From Dehalococcoidia bacterium (GTDB taxonomy: Bacteria > Chloroflexota > Dehalococcoidia > Bin125), in assembly GCA_963663895.2 (NCBI GenBank), contig CAXXRD010000001.1, forward strand, positions 224,001 through 288,000: a stretch of 64,000 nt of DNA, given 5' to 3'. The stretch's first letter is position 1, and every line of letters begins with the position of its first letter. Position numbers and translations under genes: made by a program. The notes beneath the pieces are model-generated. The model was not told where the DNA came from. It saw only the letters and a list, made by a program, of their open reading frames with translations, and did no database searches. Below, in pieces: positions 1-11,506 of the stretch.

Positions 1-86
1 TCGACGGACTCTACGAATTGGAAACGCGCAGGTAGGTCGATCGCGCGCGAGACTGCGTCATCTGCGAGGGGAGCAAGCGAACCGCG

Positions 87-959
87 ATGAGAAAGCGGCC
101 GATCTGGCAGATCGCGCACGCCCGGAGCAACTCCGCGGCGATCGCCGCTTGCGCTGCGGCCAGCCTCGTCGCCGCTGCCTGCGGCGGCGGCAGCGGCGAC
201 GGCACGGACCATCTCGCCGCCCCCTGCACGCCTCCAGCGCTCGCTTCCGATCCCGACGCGCTGCCGATCGTCGACAGCAAGCATCGCGAAACAAGCAACG
301 GCGAAACCAGCTTCACGATCACCGTCCTCACCGCCGACAGCGAAACGGTCACCTTCTTCACCAGCGCCGAGTGCTGGGAGCGTGCCACCCTCGGAGAAGC
401 CTCGCCCGACGCGGCCGCTGCCGTCGCACCCGCCCCACCGCCCGGCGATCCGACAGCGGCACCGATCCCCGCAAGCAGCGAGCCGAGCGGGCCCATCGAC
501 GATCACCCGGGGTTCGAAGACCTCAACGACCAGATCGAGGAACTCGGCAGCGAACACCTCGTCGCCGGTACGAGCTTTTTCTACCCCACCACGCCGCCCG
601 CCGGCGGGCCGCACTGGGAAATCCCCGCGCGCTGCGGCATCTACGCCGATCCGATCCCGTACGAAGCCCTGGTCCACACCATCGAGCACGGGGCGATCAT
701 CATGTACTACGACCCCGCAGCCTGGACGCCGACTGCCATTGCACAGTTCGAGGCGCTGGCCCGTGAAATCCTGAGTGACGGCGACCGCTTCGTGCTCGTT
801 CCCGCTCCGCCCAGCCCCCCGTTCCCTCGACCGATCGTCCTGGCGACATGGGGCTATCTGCTCTTCTTGGACGAGTTCGAACCCGACACCATTCGTGACT
901 TCGTGGACGAATTCGAGAACGAGGGGCCGGAAGTCCTCCCCCGCCTCAACGCCTGCTAG
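87..959 (+). CDS. DUF3105-domain lipoprotein
   Basis: Lipobox-like LVAAAC; motif PPAGGPHW...GIY...LVHTIEHGAIIMYY typical of DUF3105. Confidence 0.75.
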   Translation: MRKRPIWQIAHARSNSAAIAACAAASLVAAACGGGSGDGTDHLAAPCTPPALASDPDALPIVDSKHRETSNGETSFTITVLTADSETVTFFTSAECWERATLGEASPDAAAAVAPAPPPGDPTAAPIPASSEPSGPIDDHPGFEDLNDQIEELGSEHLVAGTSFFYPTTPPAGGPHWEIPARCGIYADPIPYEALVHTIEHGAIIMYYDPAAWTPTAIAQFEALAREILSDGDRFVLVPAPPSPPFPRPIVLATWGYLLFLDEFEPDTIRDFVDEFENEGPEVLPRLNAC

Positions 960-964
960 CAGCG

Positions 965-1267
965 CTACGACGTACCCGCGCCGGGATCATCGGTGCGCAT
1001 ATCATCGACCTTCCAGGATTCCCTCTGTTGCACCCAGCGGGTGACGATCGTCCCGTCGCCGTCGGGTGCGTGGAAGGTGATGCGAACCACGTTCTCCCCC
1101 TGCTCCTCAACCACATAGCCGGTCGCGTCCTGCACGCCGCCGGTTTGTGCCTGCACCGCGAGCGCTTTCACCATCCCCTGGGGAGTGAACGCCTGCATCA
1201 GCGCCATCAGATCGTTCGCGATAATATCTCGCGCCAGTTGCTCCGCCGCTGCGTGCAATGTAGGCAT
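965..1267 (-). CDS. Small hypothetical protein (possible NTF2/DUF3887-like fold)
   Basis: 100-aa ORF with GAAGGAGG upstream of the ATG and normal composition. Confidence 0.6.
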   Translation of the reverse strand: MPTLHAAAEQLARDIIANDLMALMQAFTPQGMVKALAVQAQTGGVQDATGYVVEEQGENVVRITFHAPDGDGTIVTRWVQQRESWKVDDMRTDDPGAGTS

Positions 1268-1374
1268 CTAGCCCCTCCTTCACCGAGCAGCCATGCTTGC
1301 CAGTGGGCGAGCGGCCGGGAGACTAGAGCGATCCTGGCGTCACCGTCAAAGCCGCTCCGCACGAGGAGGGTTTC

Positions 1375-2118
1375 GTGACCATCATGCCCGCTACCAGCAC
1401 TGCGATCGTCGAAGCACACGACGTACACAAGACCTATCGCTCCGCTGGCGCCGCCGTGCACGCGCTACGGGGGGTTTCCCTCACGGTGCCGCGCGGCGAG
1501 ATGGTCAGCGTTATGGGCCCCTCCGGCTGCGGGAAAACGACGCTGCTTAACACGCTCGCGGGCCTCGACGAGATCGACTCCGGGTCGATCCGTATTGAAG
1601 GTCAAGAGATCCAAGCACTCTCCGATCACGCCAAGACGGACTATCGCGCGCGGCGCATGGGCTTTGTCTTCCAGTTCTACAATCTCTTGCCCGTCCTAAC
1701 CGCTGTCGAAAACGTCGAGATGCCCCTCCTGCTCAGCGGCATCTCGATCCGCGAGGCCCGCCGCCGTGCCCTGGCCGCCCTCGACCAGGTGCATCTCGGC
1801 GAATGGGCGAAGCACCGGCCCGCCCAGCTTTCGGGCGGCCAACGACAGCGCGTCACCATCGCCCGTGCCCTCGTCAACAACCCAGCCATCGTGTGGGCCG
1901 ACGAACCCACGGGCGACCTCGACAGCGCCAACGCCAACGAGATTATGACCCTCATCCAGGAGCTCAACGCGCAAAACGCGCAGACCTTCATCATCGTCAC
2001 GCACGATGAACAGATCGGGGCCCGCTGTCATCGCACGATCCACATGCGCGACGGACAGATCGAGAACGAGACCAGCCACCGGCCCTTTATCCCGCCTGCC
2101 GACGAGCCCCTCGCATGA
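1375..2118 (+). CDS. ABC transporter ATP-binding protein (LolD/MacB type)
   Basis: Walker [17 protein letters not shown] signature, [14 protein letters not shown]. Confidence 0.95.
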   Translation: MTIMPATSTAIVEAHDVHKTYRSAGAAVHALRGVSLTVPRGEMVSVMGPSGCGKTTLLNTLAGLDEIDSGSIRIEGQEIQALSDHAKTDYRARRMGFVFQFYNLLPVLTAVENVEMPLLLSGISIREARRRALAALDQVHLGEWAKHRPAQLSGGQRQRVTIARALVNNPAIVWADEPTGDLDSANANEIMTLIQELNAQNAQTFIIVTHDEQIGARCHRTIHMRDGQIENETSHRPFIPPADEPLA

Positions 2119-5100
2119 ACGAACTCTTCGGCGTTCCTATGAGCACCATCCTCGCGATCGTGGTGATCGCGCTCATCGTCTGCACAGCAGTCATCGTCGC
2201 GCTCGCCTCCCGGAACTTCCTCCTCTTCAAAATGGGCCTCCGCAACCTCCCCCGGCGTCCAGGCCAAACCCTGCTCATCGTCATCGGCTTGATGCTGAGC
2301 ACGCTGATCATCTCCGCCGCCTTCGCAACCGGCGACACCCTCAGCCGCAGCCTCCGCAACTCCGCCTTCGAGGTCACCGGTCCAATCGACCACCTCATCC
2401 TCTACGACACCGCCGGCGGTCGCGGCGTCGAGCAACGTGACGCCGTCGTTCCCCAGCGGGTCGCCGACGACCTCAGCGCTGCCTTCGCCGATGATCCGGA
2501 CATCGAGCACTTCACGCGCGTCGTCTCGGACACCGTCTCGGCAGAGAACATCACGACGAGCCAGTTCGAGCCACGCGTCTCGCTGCTCGGGATCGATGTG
2601 GCGGAAGTCCAAGCCCTCGGCGGCATCCCCGATCTCGAGAGCGGCGACATCCCACTCCGCGAGCTCGGCGAAGGGAAGATCATCCTCAATGAATCCGCCG
2701 CCGAGCGCCTCGCCGCGAGCGCCGGCGACCGTGTCAGGCTCCGGGTCCTCGGCGGCCTGCACGAGTTCACCGTCCAGGCGATCGCGGCGGATACGCTCCT
2801 CAGCGGCAAGGTCGACATCACCGAGCCACAAGGCGCCGTTATCCCTCTCGCGGACGCGCAAACCATCCTCGACCAGCCCGACCGGCTTAGCAGCATCGGC
2901 GTCTCGGTCCGCGGCGACGGCCTGGCCGGCCCTCTCGAACTCTCCGAAGAGGTCGACCTTCGCCTCAATCGCTTCCTCATGGAACAGGCGGATGCCGAAG
3001 TCGACGCCGGCCTGGCCCCCGCCCAGCGCACCTACGCGGATGCCCAGGGCCGCCCGATCTTCGAATCCGATCCCTTCAAAGCCGACACCGTCGACAACGC
3101 CGAAACCTTCAGCTCCGTCTTCACCACCTTCTTCCTGGTGATGGGATCGTTCTCCATCGTCGCCGGCATCCTGCTCATCTTCTTGATCTTCGTGATGCTC
3201 GCGGAGGAGCGAAAAATGGAGATGGGCATCGCGCGCGCGGTCGGCATGCAGCGCAGTCACCTTGTGCAGTCTTTCTTGGCCGAAGGTCTCGCCTACAACC
3301 TCGGCGCGGCCATCATCGGAACTGCCGCGGGGATCGGTATCTCCTTCGGCATGGTCGCGGTTCTGGGTTCCGTCTTCGGCGCCTTTGGCTTCGCGTTCAC
3401 CCAGCACATCGAGCCGCGCAGCGTCGTCATCGCCGTCGGCATCAGCATCCTCCTCACGTTCATCACCGTCGTCATATCCTCGTTCCGCATCAGCCAGCTC
3501 AACATCGTCGCCGCGATCCGCGACATCTCCGACGACGGGCAGCACGGCCAGCGACCGATCTCCGTGCTGGGAATCCTCCTCACGCTGATCCTCATCCCTC
3601 TCGCGCCCCTCTTGGTGCTTGCTGCACTCTTCGGTCGCAAACCAGGGCACCCAGCACCTCTTCGTTGGCTCCATCACCGCGTCGTCTGGGGTATCTACAC
3701 CACCACTATCGGCCTGATCCTCTTCGCCATCCTCGGACTCACCGTCCTCCTCGCTCTCGTCGGTTGGCTCGCTCTCAGCACACCCAGACTCGGCGCGGCC
3801 ATCCGTCAGCGTGGCTGGGGCGAGTGGGCTGTTCTCCCTACCTGGCGGCTGATGCGCTGGCGCCAGGAATGGTGGTTCGTTCTGCTCCTAACGGGCGTGA
3901 TCGGTGTCGCCAGCGCGCAGGACAGCGAGAGCGCATTCTTTTATCTGGGCGGTCTTTCGCTCTTCGTCATCGGATTGCTGCTACTTGCACGCCGCTTTAA
4001 CCGCGCCGGTCGCGTCGCCTACAGCGCCACGGGGATCCTCATCCTCTTCCTTTGGCTGGCACCCCAGACTTGGCACACTGCCGTTTGGGGGAAGGACTTC
4101 GAGGGCGGCGTCCAGATGTTCTTCCTCTCCGGCGTGGCGATGGTGACCGGCGCCACCATCGCCGTCATCTTCAACCTCGACCTCCTCGTCAGCCCGCTCC
4201 GAATCATCGGACGCGTCTTCGGTCGTTTCGCCCCGGCGGTCCGAACAGCCGTGGCCTATCCAACCACGGCCCGCTACCGAACGGGCATGACCGTCGCCAT
4301 GATCGCCATCATCATGTTCGCACTCGTCGTCTTCACCACCATCAATGCGACCTTCTCGGAAGCCTTCATCAGCGACGAAGCGGCCGGTGGCTACGATCTT
4401 CTCGCCGACTCCACCCTGAACGACGATATCTCTGATCTGCATACCGCCCTTGAAGAAGCCGCCGCGGACGACCTCGCCGCCAATCTCGACACTATCGGCC
4501 GCCTCAGGATCGCGAGCTTCCCCGGAACAGACGTTGTCGTCCTCAACCACGAACGTTGGGATGAACTGAATACGACGCAAGTGCTCGACGCGACCGGCAA
4601 TCCCATCATCGACACGCCAGACCCCGATAGCGACCTCGCCGAAACCCGCCTGCTGTGGCTCACCGGCACCAATGACGCCTTCCTCCAAAATAACGTCATT
4701 CCCCTGCAGGCTCGGGCCGTCGGCTTCGAAACGGACGCCGCCGTCTGGCAGGCCCTCCACGATCCCACTGCCCGCTACGGTGTGATCACCGCCAACGCTA
4801 TCGAGGCCGATGCCTTTGCTCCGCTCGACGATGACGCCTTCGAAATGCCCGCCATCGGTGGCACGGCGGCCGATCGGATCCCGCGCGTCCGTCTCGAACT
4901 GCGCAACAAGGCAGAGACAGCCGACATCACGATCATCGGCGTGATCGATCAGGTCGTGGGGATCACGAACCCTGCGTTCGCCTTCTTCCCCAGTCTGCTC
5001 GTCCGCGACGAGTTCGTCGACGCTATCTACGACGGCGCAGACTTCACCCGCCACCTCGCTACCGTTGGTCCCGGCACCGATCCTCTCGATACCGCGCGCG

Positions 5101-5579
5101 CGATCGAAGCCACGCTCGGCATCGAAACCGTCTCGATCGTCGACGAACTCGAAGAGCAGCAAGAAACCTCCAACGCCATCCTCAACCTCTTCCAAGGCTT
5201 CACGGGACTAGGCCTGGTAGTCGGCATCGCAGCGCTCGGAGTCATCGCCGTACGTGCGGTCGTCGAACGCCGACAACAGATCGGGATGCTCCGCGCAGTC
5301 GGCTACAGCCGTGGGATGGTCCGCCTCGAACTCCTCATGGAGATGAGTTTCATCGCACTCATTGGAATCGGCCTGGGCATCGCGTTGGCCCTCTCCCTCA
5401 CCTGGCGACTCTTCGAGGAAGGCGTCTTCGGCAGCACTGCCGGCACCGGTATGCAGGTCCCCGTCGGGCAGATCGCCATCTTCGCGGCAGCAGCCTTCCT
5501 CGGCGCCCTCATCATGACCTGGCTGCCGGCGCGCCAGGCATCCCGTGCACCCATCGCGGAGGCGCTCCGCTACGAGTAG
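2115..5579 (+). CDS. FtsX-like ABC transporter permease (two FtsX domains)
   Basis: [13 protein letters not shown] and [13 protein letters not shown] motifs, many TM segments, ends ALRYE, ATGA overlap with the ATPase gene. Confidence 0.92.
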   Translation: MNELFGVPMSTILAIVVIALIVCTAVIVALASRNFLLFKMGLRNLPRRPGQTLLIVIGLMLSTLIISAAFATGDTLSRSLRNSAFEVTGPIDHLILYDTAGGRGVEQRDAVVPQRVADDLSAAFADDPDIEHFTRVVSDTVSAENITTSQFEPRVSLLGIDVAEVQALGGIPDLESGDIPLRELGEGKIILNESAAERLAASAGDRVRLRVLGGLHEFTVQAIAADTLLSGKVDITEPQGAVIPLADAQTILDQPDRLSSIGVSVRGDGLAGPLELSEEVDLRLNRFLMEQADAEVDAGLAPAQRTYADAQGRPIFESDPFKADTVDNAETFSSVFTTFFLVMGSFSIVAGILLIFLIFVMLAEERKMEMGIARAVGMQRSHLVQSFLAEGLAYNLGAAIIGTAAGIGISFGMVAVLGSVFGAFGFAFTQHIEPRSVVIAVGISILLTFITVVISSFRISQLNIVAAIRDISDDGQHGQRPISVLGILLTLILIPLAPLLVLAALFGRKPGHPAPLRWLHHRVVWGIYTTTIGLILFAILGLTVLLALVGWLALSTPRLGAAIRQRGWGEWAVLPTWRLMRWRQEWWFVLLLTGVIGVASAQDSESAFFYLGGLSLFVIGLLLLARRFNRAGRVAYSATGILILFLWLAPQTWHTAVWGKDFEGGVQMFFLSGVAMVTGATIAVIFNLDLLVSPLRIIGRVFGRFAPAVRTAVAYPTTARYRTGMTVAMIAIIMFALVVFTTINATFSEAFISDEAAGGYDLLADSTLNDDISDLHTALEEAAADDLAANLDTIGRLRIASFPGTDVVVLNHERWDELNTTQVLDATGNPIIDTPDPDSDLAETRLLWLTGTNDAFLQNNVIPLQARAVGFETDAAVWQALHDPTARYGVITANAIEADAFAPLDDDAFEMPAIGGTAADRIPRVRLELRNKAETADITIIGVIDQVVGITNPAFAFFPSLLVRDEFVDAIYDGADFTRHLATVGPGTDPLDTARAIEATLGIETVSIVDELEEQQETSNAILNLFQGFTGLGLVVGIAALGVIAVRAVVERRQQIGMLRAVGYSRGMVRLELLMEMSFIALIGIGLGIALALSLTWRLFEEGVFGSTAGTGMQVPVGQIAIFAAAAFLGALIMTWLPARQASRAPIAEALRYE

Positions 5580-5810
5580 CGTCCCGTCCGTACTTGGATC
5601 CACCAGCGCTGCTTGCGTCACCATCGATCACGCCGGCCCCGGCGAACTCTGTCGGCAATCCCGTCCGTCTGGCGCGAACACGGTCCTCGACAACACCGTG
5701 GGGCGCCCCACTCCATTCAATGGCCCACGCGCGATCCTCGTGACTCCCATCCGTAGAGACGCACGCCGATCTGGCCGAGCCGCGAGTGGACGCTCTAAGC
5801 TCGGCCTGCG

Positions 5811-6845
5811 ATGAAGGCGACCTATCTCACGGAGCAAGGGCCGCCGGAGGTCCTCGTCTACGGCGACCTCCCCGATCCCGAGCCGGGGCGGGGCCAGGTT
5901 CTCGTGCGCGTGCAGGCCGCGGCCCTCAACCACATGGACATCTGGCTCCGCTCCGGCCTGGGCCGTGCGCGTACATTCACGGAGCCGTTCATCCTCGGCG
6001 GGGACATCGCCGGGACCGTCGCCGCGCTCGGCCCAGGAGTGACCCGAATCGCCTCCGGTGATCGCGTCCTCATCGACCCCGGCCTCTCGGACGGCACCTG
6101 CGACGCTTGCCGTGCCGGCCGCACCAATCTCTGCAACCACTACCAGCTCATGGGCCTCCACGTGAACGGCGGCTACGCCGAGTTCGTCGTCGCGCCCGCA
6201 GTGAACGTGCACCAGATCCCCGACGACCTTCCGATCGAACAAGCCGCCGCCATCCCCCTCACCACCGCTACGGCCTATCACATGCTCGTCACCCGCGCCG
6301 GCCTGCGGCCCGGTCAGCGTGTGCTCGTCCAAGCCGCGGGAAGCGGGGTCGGCAGCGCGGCGATCCAGATCGCCAAGGCGCTCGGCGCCTGGGTCGCCAC
6401 AACCGCCGGCAGCGACGAAAAAGTTGCCAAAGGGATCGAGCTCGGCGCCGACCTCGCCATCAACTACCGGGCCCAGCCAGCTTTCAGCGAGCCCGTCCGC
6501 GAAGCGACCGACGGCGCCGGCGTCGACATCGTCGTCGACCACATCGGCCCCGCGACGTTCGAGGAGAACCTCAAGTCACTGAAGCGGGGCGGCCATCTCG
6601 TCAACTGTGGCCGGACCACCGGCGAAACCGTGCCGCTGAACCTCTTCCAACTCCTGCTCAACCAGCAAACGATTCACGGTACCTTCATGGGCACCGGGGC
6701 CGAGACGATCGAGTGGCTGCAACTCGTCCGGGACGGGCGCATCCGGGGCCTCGTTGGCGAGACCTTCGCGCTCTCGGACGCCGCGGACGCCCACCGGCGC
6801 ATGGAGTCGCGCGACTTCTTCGGCAAACTCGTGCTCGTTCTCTAG
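5811..6845 (+). CDS. Zinc-binding MDR-family alcohol dehydrogenase / quinone oxidoreductase
   Basis: ALNHMD, DGTCDACRAGRTNLC zinc loop, AAGSGVG nucleotide-binding motif, GKLVL C-terminus. Confidence 0.92.
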   Translation: MKATYLTEQGPPEVLVYGDLPDPEPGRGQVLVRVQAAALNHMDIWLRSGLGRARTFTEPFILGGDIAGTVAALGPGVTRIASGDRVLIDPGLSDGTCDACRAGRTNLCNHYQLMGLHVNGGYAEFVVAPAVNVHQIPDDLPIEQAAAIPLTTATAYHMLVTRAGLRPGQRVLVQAAGSGVGSAAIQIAKALGAWVATTAGSDEKVAKGIELGADLAINYRAQPAFSEPVREATDGAGVDIVVDHIGPATFEENLKSLKRGGHLVNCGRTTGETVPLNLFQLLLNQQTIHGTFMGTGAETIEWLQLVRDGRIRGLVGETFALSDAADAHRRMESRDFFGKLVLVL

Positions 6846-6879
6846 AAACCCCGAGCGGCCGCTGGCCTACACTACTCCC

Positions 6880-7035
6880 GTGCGACGACAGACCAAGCTC
6901 ATTATCGCCGCGGCGCTCTTCGGCCTCATTCTCATCTTCTTCCTCCTGCTCAACAGCAGCCTCGGCGTCGACAGCGACGAAACCATCACGGACCGCAACC
7001 GCCCGCAGATCGTCGGCGAGCACGACGACCGTTAG
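6880..7035 (+). CDS. Small single-TM hypothetical protein
   Basis: GTG start, RRQTK then hydrophobic LIIAAALFGLILIFFLLL. Confidence 0.5.
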   Translation: MRRQTKLIIAAALFGLILIFFLLLNSSLGVDSDETITDRNRPQIVGEHDDR

Positions 7036-7049
7036 TCTGGACGGCGATC

Positions 7050-7367
7050 ATGCCGCGCGTTCGTATCGAGCCGTCCGGCATCGAGATCGACGTGCCCTTG
7101 GGCGAAACAATGATGCGCGCCGCGCGTGATCAAGGCTACTACTGGCCCACGACCTGCGAGATGGCGGGGCGTTGCGCAACCTGCTTCGTCATTTTGCAGG
7201 AGGGCATGGACAATCTTTCTCCAATGCGTCCCAACGAGCAGGAAGCGTTAGTGGAGCAGCGCGGGCGGCGCGCCCTCGATCAGCCGGTCCGGCTCGCCTG
7301 CCAGGCCTCCGTCACCGGGGACCTCGTGGTGCGCAAGCACGGGGTCCGCCGGCACGCATCCGGATAA
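7050..7367 (+). CDS. 2Fe-2S ferredoxin
   Basis: CEMAGRCATC ... RLACQ cysteine pattern. Confidence 0.92.
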   Translation: MPRVRIEPSGIEIDVPLGETMMRAARDQGYYWPTTCEMAGRCATCFVILQEGMDNLSPMRPNEQEALVEQRGRRALDQPVRLACQASVTGDLVVRKHGVRRHASG

Positions 7368-7434
7368 GGGGCCGCACGGCTCCCCCAGTAAGATAGCCAT
7401 GCGTACACCGAGCGCTGGCGCAGCGAGGAGCAGC

Positions 7435-7782
7435 ATGGCGACCATCACCTTCTTCTGCAAACGCGGCTGAAGCACCTGCACGCGAGCCCGGGCCTGGCTC
7501 GCCGAGCGCGGCATCCCCTACCAAGAGCGAGAATTCTTCCGTGAACCCCTCAGTCGGGCCGAGTTGGATCGGCTCATCGGCACGCAGGACGCCCGCACCT
7601 TCTTCGCGGCGCGCAGTCCCAGCGTACGCAAGCTCGGCCTCGACATCGCGGCCCTCAGCGACTCCGAGATGCGGCGGTGGATGCGGCGGGAGCCTCGGCT
7701 CCTGCGGCGTCCCATCCTCAAAGCGGGCCGGCAGACTCTGCTTGGCTTCAATGAGGCGGAATGGGAAAAAGCGTTGAGCTAG
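7435..7782 (+). CDS. ArsC/Spx/MgsR-family thioredoxin-fold protein; predicted selenoprotein (UGA 7468-7470, UxxC motif)
   Basis: GAGGAG RBS, ATG 7435, MATITFFCKRG(TGA)STCTRARAWL continues in frame into ORF 7564-7782 (EPRLLRRPIL, GFNEAEW); hairpin 7482-7502. Confidence 0.85.
7482..7502 (+). promoter_or_regulatory. Putative bacterial SECIS hairpin
   Basis: GCGAGCC-CGGGCCT-GGCTCGC, a perfect 7-bp stem separated from the in-frame UGA by 11 nt. Confidence 0.65.
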
Positions 7783-7792
7783 TCGGCTCGTG

Positions 7793-8713
7793 CTAGGTCC
7801 GCTCCCGGATCGCTTTCAAGATCGCAACGTTCTCCGCATCGGGTCCCTTGCCTGCGAACCCCGGCACCTCCAATAGAAAGGGCGCCTGCCGGAAAGCGGA
7901 GTGAGCCAGCAGGTTGAGAAATCCCTGCTCCCCGATCGTCCCCTCGCCGATGTTCTCATGACGGTCGCGACCAGACCGCAGCTCGGTCTTGGAATCGTTG
8001 GCGTGCACCGCGACCAGCCGCTCGTAGCCGATCTCCCGATCGAACTCGACCATGAGTCGGTCAAGCGCCTCGGCATCCCGCAGGTCGTAGCCAGACGAGA
8101 ACGCATGACAGGTGTCCAAGCACACTTTGACGCGGTCGCTTCCCACCCCATCGATAATGGCGCCGATCTCATCCCACGTGCTGCCCACGCTATCCCCCGC
8201 CCCCGCGCTGTTCTCGATGCAGAGCGCCGCTTCGTCCGGCGAATCGTCGAGGACTTGCTGCATCGCGTCGATCACCTGAGGCAGCACCTCTTCGAACCCG
8301 ATCCCCTTGTGCGACCCCACATGGAAGATCACTCCCTTGATGCCCAGCCGTGCGGCCAAGCGCAGGTCGGCGATCAGCGACTCGATCCCCTTCTCCATGT
8401 TTCCCTGGCTCTGCGAAGCGAGGTTCGTCAGATAAATTCCGTGGATGAAATTCGGCCCGATCCCGGCTTCCGCTACGCCTCGACGGAATGCCGCCACGGA
8501 CTCCTCGTCGTGCTGCTTCCGGCGCCAACTCTGTGGCGCCGCACCGAAGATCTGCATCGCCTCCGCCCCGATCTCGAGTGCGTTGGCGACCGCCTTCTCG
8601 ATGCTGCCCGCCGCCGAGACGTGCGCGCCGACGCGCGGCAGCTCCAGATCGGTCCGCGCCACACCTTCCTTCGCGGCCTGCCCGTCAGCCACCTGCTTCA
8701 CCGCAACCTTCAC
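7793..8713 (-). CDS. nfo: Endonuclease IV (AP endonuclease)
   Basis: GAHVS, HGIYLTNLAS, IENSAG, CLDTCH, HANDSK, DRHENIGEG; start taken at GTG 8713 (approximate). Confidence 0.93.
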   Translation of the reverse strand: MKVAVKQVADGQAAKEGVARTDLELPRVGAHVSAAGSIEKAVANALEIGAEAMQIFGAAPQSWRRKQHDEESVAAFRRGVAEAGIGPNFIHGIYLTNLASQSQGNMEKGIESLIADLRLAARLGIKGVIFHVGSHKGIGFEEVLPQVIDAMQQVLDDSPDEAALCIENSAGAGDSVGSTWDEIGAIIDGVGSDRVKVCLDTCHAFSSGYDLRDAEALDRLMVEFDREIGYERLVAVHANDSKTELRSGRDRHENIGEGTIGEQGFLNLLAHSAFRQAPFLLEVPGFAGKGPDAENVAILKAIRERT

Positions 8714-8778
8714 GATCCCGCATCTGCGCCACACGGTCCCCCGAAACAAGCGCAGTATACGTGCGCGCGATCGCGGGC

Positions 8779-9585
8779 TTAGCCCGCGTTGGCTCCGCCA
8801 CCTAATCGCCCCAACGTCTCGTCCGGGAAGTGCGGAGGCGTCACATCGATCACGCTCCCCGAGACGAACCGCGCCCGTTCCGTGCACAAAAATGCAACAA
8901 CCTCCGCCACATCCTGCGGCTCGGGCCCCTCTCGCCGATCCTGGTCCAAGCCCTTGCCGATCACGCGCGCGTCAATCGCCGCATCATCCGGCACATCCAG
9001 CCACGACGGCGCCACCGCATTCACGGTGATCCCATGCCGGAGCTCCCGCTCTCCCAGATTGCGCGCAATCCAGTGACGGGCCGCCTTCCCGAGCGGGTAG
9101 TCCAGCGGCGCGACGGGCGGCTCCATCGGCCACAGCTCCGCCGCGTGTCCGCCGATCAACACGACCCGGCCCCACTCTTGTGCTCGCATCGACGGCAGGG
9201 CGGCGCGCAGACAGTAGAAAACCGCGTCTTGCTCGAGGCGCAGCACGCGCCGCCAATGATCCGGCTCGATCGCGACGATCTCTTGAGGTTTCCAGTCGCC
9301 TCCCACATTCACGACAACGATATCGACCGTCCCGAACCGCTCCCCGACCACCCCCCACAGTCGCTCCACGTCCGCTGCGTCCCCCGCATCGACGGCGCAC
9401 GCGATCGCCGCTCCGCCCATCGCCTCGATGCGCTTCACCACTTCCTGCGCCGCTGCCGCCCTGCTGCGGTAGGTCACAACGATCGCCGCACCCTCGCGGG
9501 CCAGCGTGAGCGCGATGGCCCGCCCCAGCCCTCGGGATGCGCCCAGCACGAGCGCGGTCCGGCCGGTCAATTCAGCCACGGGCAT
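8779..9585 (-). CDS. SDR-family oxidoreductase (FabG-like)
   Basis: GASRGLG, YPLGK catalytic YxxxK, GITVNAVAP. Confidence 0.9.
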   Translation of the reverse strand: MPVAELTGRTALVLGASRGLGRAIALTLAREGAAIVVTYRSRAAAAQEVVKRIEAMGGAAIACAVDAGDAADVERLWGVVGERFGTVDIVVVNVGGDWKPQEIVAIEPDHWRRVLRLEQDAVFYCLRAALPSMRAQEWGRVVLIGGHAAELWPMEPPVAPLDYPLGKAARHWIARNLGERELRHGITVNAVAPSWLDVPDDAAIDARVIGKGLDQDRREGPEPQDVAEVVAFLCTERARFVSGSVIDVTPPHFPDETLGRLGGGANAG

Positions 9586-10072
9586 CCAAAATGCGCTCCA
9601 GCTGGCGGACATGAAAAAGCTGGTGATCGGCGATCGTCAGCAGCAGCGTCCGCAGCGAAACGTCCACTCCCTGCGAAGCATCCTCCGTCTCCCCGGCCAC
9701 CTCGACGATTCCAGGCTCCCGCAGCTGCGCGGGCTCCAGCCCCTCCAGCAACCGGCAGGTATCCTCTCGCACCGCGTTGACCGCCCAGCGCAACTCGTTC
9801 ACGTCCGCTGCCGGGTCCGCAGCAGGCAAGCGGGTCGCGTCCGATAGCAGGGCAGGCCGATCCGGCGCCACTGCCTCCCGCAGATCCGCCAACTGCGGTT
9901 GCAGCCAATGCTCCGCGTGGATCACGTGCTGCAGTACCTCACGGACCGACCATTCCCCTGGCGCCAACCGTCGATCCAGGTCAGAAGGAGTGAGCCGTTC
10001 GATCGTCGCGGTGAGTTCCCTCAAGTTCTCGGCCAGCACGGCCGCGATGGCGGCGGGATCGTTCGACACCAC
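9572..10072 (-). CDS. DinB-family protein
   Basis: GEWSVREVLQHV...E and HQLFH metal-ligand pattern; start approximate. Confidence 0.8.
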   Translation of the reverse strand: MVSNDPAAIAAVLAENLRELTATIERLTPSDLDRRLAPGEWSVREVLQHVIHAEHWLQPQLADLREAVAPDRPALLSDATRLPAADPAADVNELRWAVNAVREDTCRLLEGLEPAQLREPGIVEVAGETEDASQGVDVSLRTLLLTIADHQLFHVRQLERILDARG

Positions 10073-10391
10073 GGCAGTGTCGGCTAGCCTCAGTAGAGAC
10101 GTCAACGCACAGCCGGAGCAGCCGTGGCCATCGTCGACGCGATCCCAGCGCATACCGATCAGCTTCGGCGCTTCCTTATGGCCGCTCCCCCGGCCCCCGC
10201 CAGCCAACCCGCGCCCGCCGGCGGGGCGGGGAACAGGGGAGGGGGTCCAGCCCGCCCCTCCGTCCGCGGTCGGGAGAGGGCGTCACGGCTCGGGCATTCC
10301 CCCAAGGGAAGCGGACGATGGGACCCGCGCGGGGCCTCGCGGGCCCGCGCTACCCTTGCGCAGCCGCTGGAGGCGTGCGCTATGGACCTAC

Positions 10392-11405
10392 CTAGGCCTC
10401 TGCCGCCAGGGCGGCGTTCACGGCCGCTGCGGCTTCCGGCGTCACCCAGCTCTCCCAAATCTTGTTGTTGTTGAGGAACCAGATGGCCGCGTCGGAGGCT
10501 TCGGTGCCCTCGTTGGCGTCGATATACAGGAAGATGCTCTTGTAGAGATCGACCGTGAACTCCCAGTTCTCAAACATTGCGATCACCTCGGGGGCGCGCG
10601 GCGGCAGGCTCTTGTGCACCGCGACTAACACCAACGAATCATCGAAGGCGCAGGCCTTGCCGGTCTCCCAGCATTCCTCGCTGTAGGGCTCTTCTTGCAG
10701 GCGCACGAGGTCGAGCTTCAACCCGGGGTCGCTCGTGCCCCACATGTAGCCCAGCCAGGGCTCCTGCTTCTCGTAGGCGGCGTAGATGTCGGCGTAGAGC
10801 GCGCTCTGATCGCCGGGGCTGATCACGTGCAGGGCGTCGGCCAAGCCGTAGCTCTCGATCTGCTCGGTGTTGACCAGCGAGCAGGACCACGTCGGCACGC
10901 ACGCCACCAGACGCGCCTTGCCGCGGCTGTCGGGGGTGGCGAACAGCTCCTGGTATTCGGGCCGCAGCAGATCCTGGGGGGTCTGCAGGTCCGGGTGCGC
11001 GTCGGCGATGTACTTGGGAATGACGAACGTGCTCTGCCAATCGCCCACGAGGCTGGTCCCGATCTCCACCACGTCGCCCGCTTCGAGAGCCTTCTCCCAG
11101 CCCAGATCCTGGTTCGGCAGCCAGATCTCGAGCGTGACGTGAATGTCGCCGTTCTGCAGCCCCTGGAAGTTGGGCAGCGTGCCGCCGAAGATCACGTCGG
11201 TGGGGTAGCCGTAGCCGTGCTCCACGATGTACTGGGCGACGCGGTTCTGCACCTGCGCGCTCGTCCAGTTCAGATCGGAGAAGATGATCGGCTCCTTGGG
11301 CGCGTCCGCGTCGCCGTCCCCATCGCCCCCACAGGCGGCGGCCGTCAGGGCGAGCGCCGCCGCCAGGGCTATGGCTAGGGATCGGATCAAGGTTCGTGTT
11401 CGCAT
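10392..11405 (-). CDS. Glycine betaine/proline ABC transporter substrate-binding lipoprotein (ProX-like)
   Basis: Lipobox AAAC, DLNWTS, EHGYGYPT, EIWLPN; no permease nearby. Confidence 0.88.
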   Translation of the reverse strand: MRTRTLIRSLAIALAAALALTAAACGGDGDGDADAPKEPIIFSDLNWTSAQVQNRVAQYIVEHGYGYPTDVIFGGTLPNFQGLQNGDIHVTLEIWLPNQDLGWEKALEAGDVVEIGTSLVGDWQSTFVIPKYIADAHPDLQTPQDLLRPEYQELFATPDSRGKARLVACVPTWSCSLVNTEQIESYGLADALHVISPGDQSALYADIYAAYEKQEPWLGYMWGTSDPGLKLDLVRLQEEPYSEECWETGKACAFDDSLVLVAVHKSLPPRAPEVIAMFENWEFTVDLYKSIFLYIDANEGTEASDAAIWFLNNNKIWESWVTPEAAAAVNAALAAEA

Positions 11406-11506
11406 GGTGCCCTCCCAGGCTCGCTGAGCGTGAAACGCGATCTTAGCAGTGCGCTTAGTCATACAGAGAAGTATCCCTGAAGAGCAAGCATATTTATAGT
11501 TTTGAA

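Noticed and set aside
5580-5810. Short palindromes (GTGGGGCGCCCCAC) in an intergenic gap
   Set aside because: Single occurrence in the window; not enough to call a REP or ncRNA
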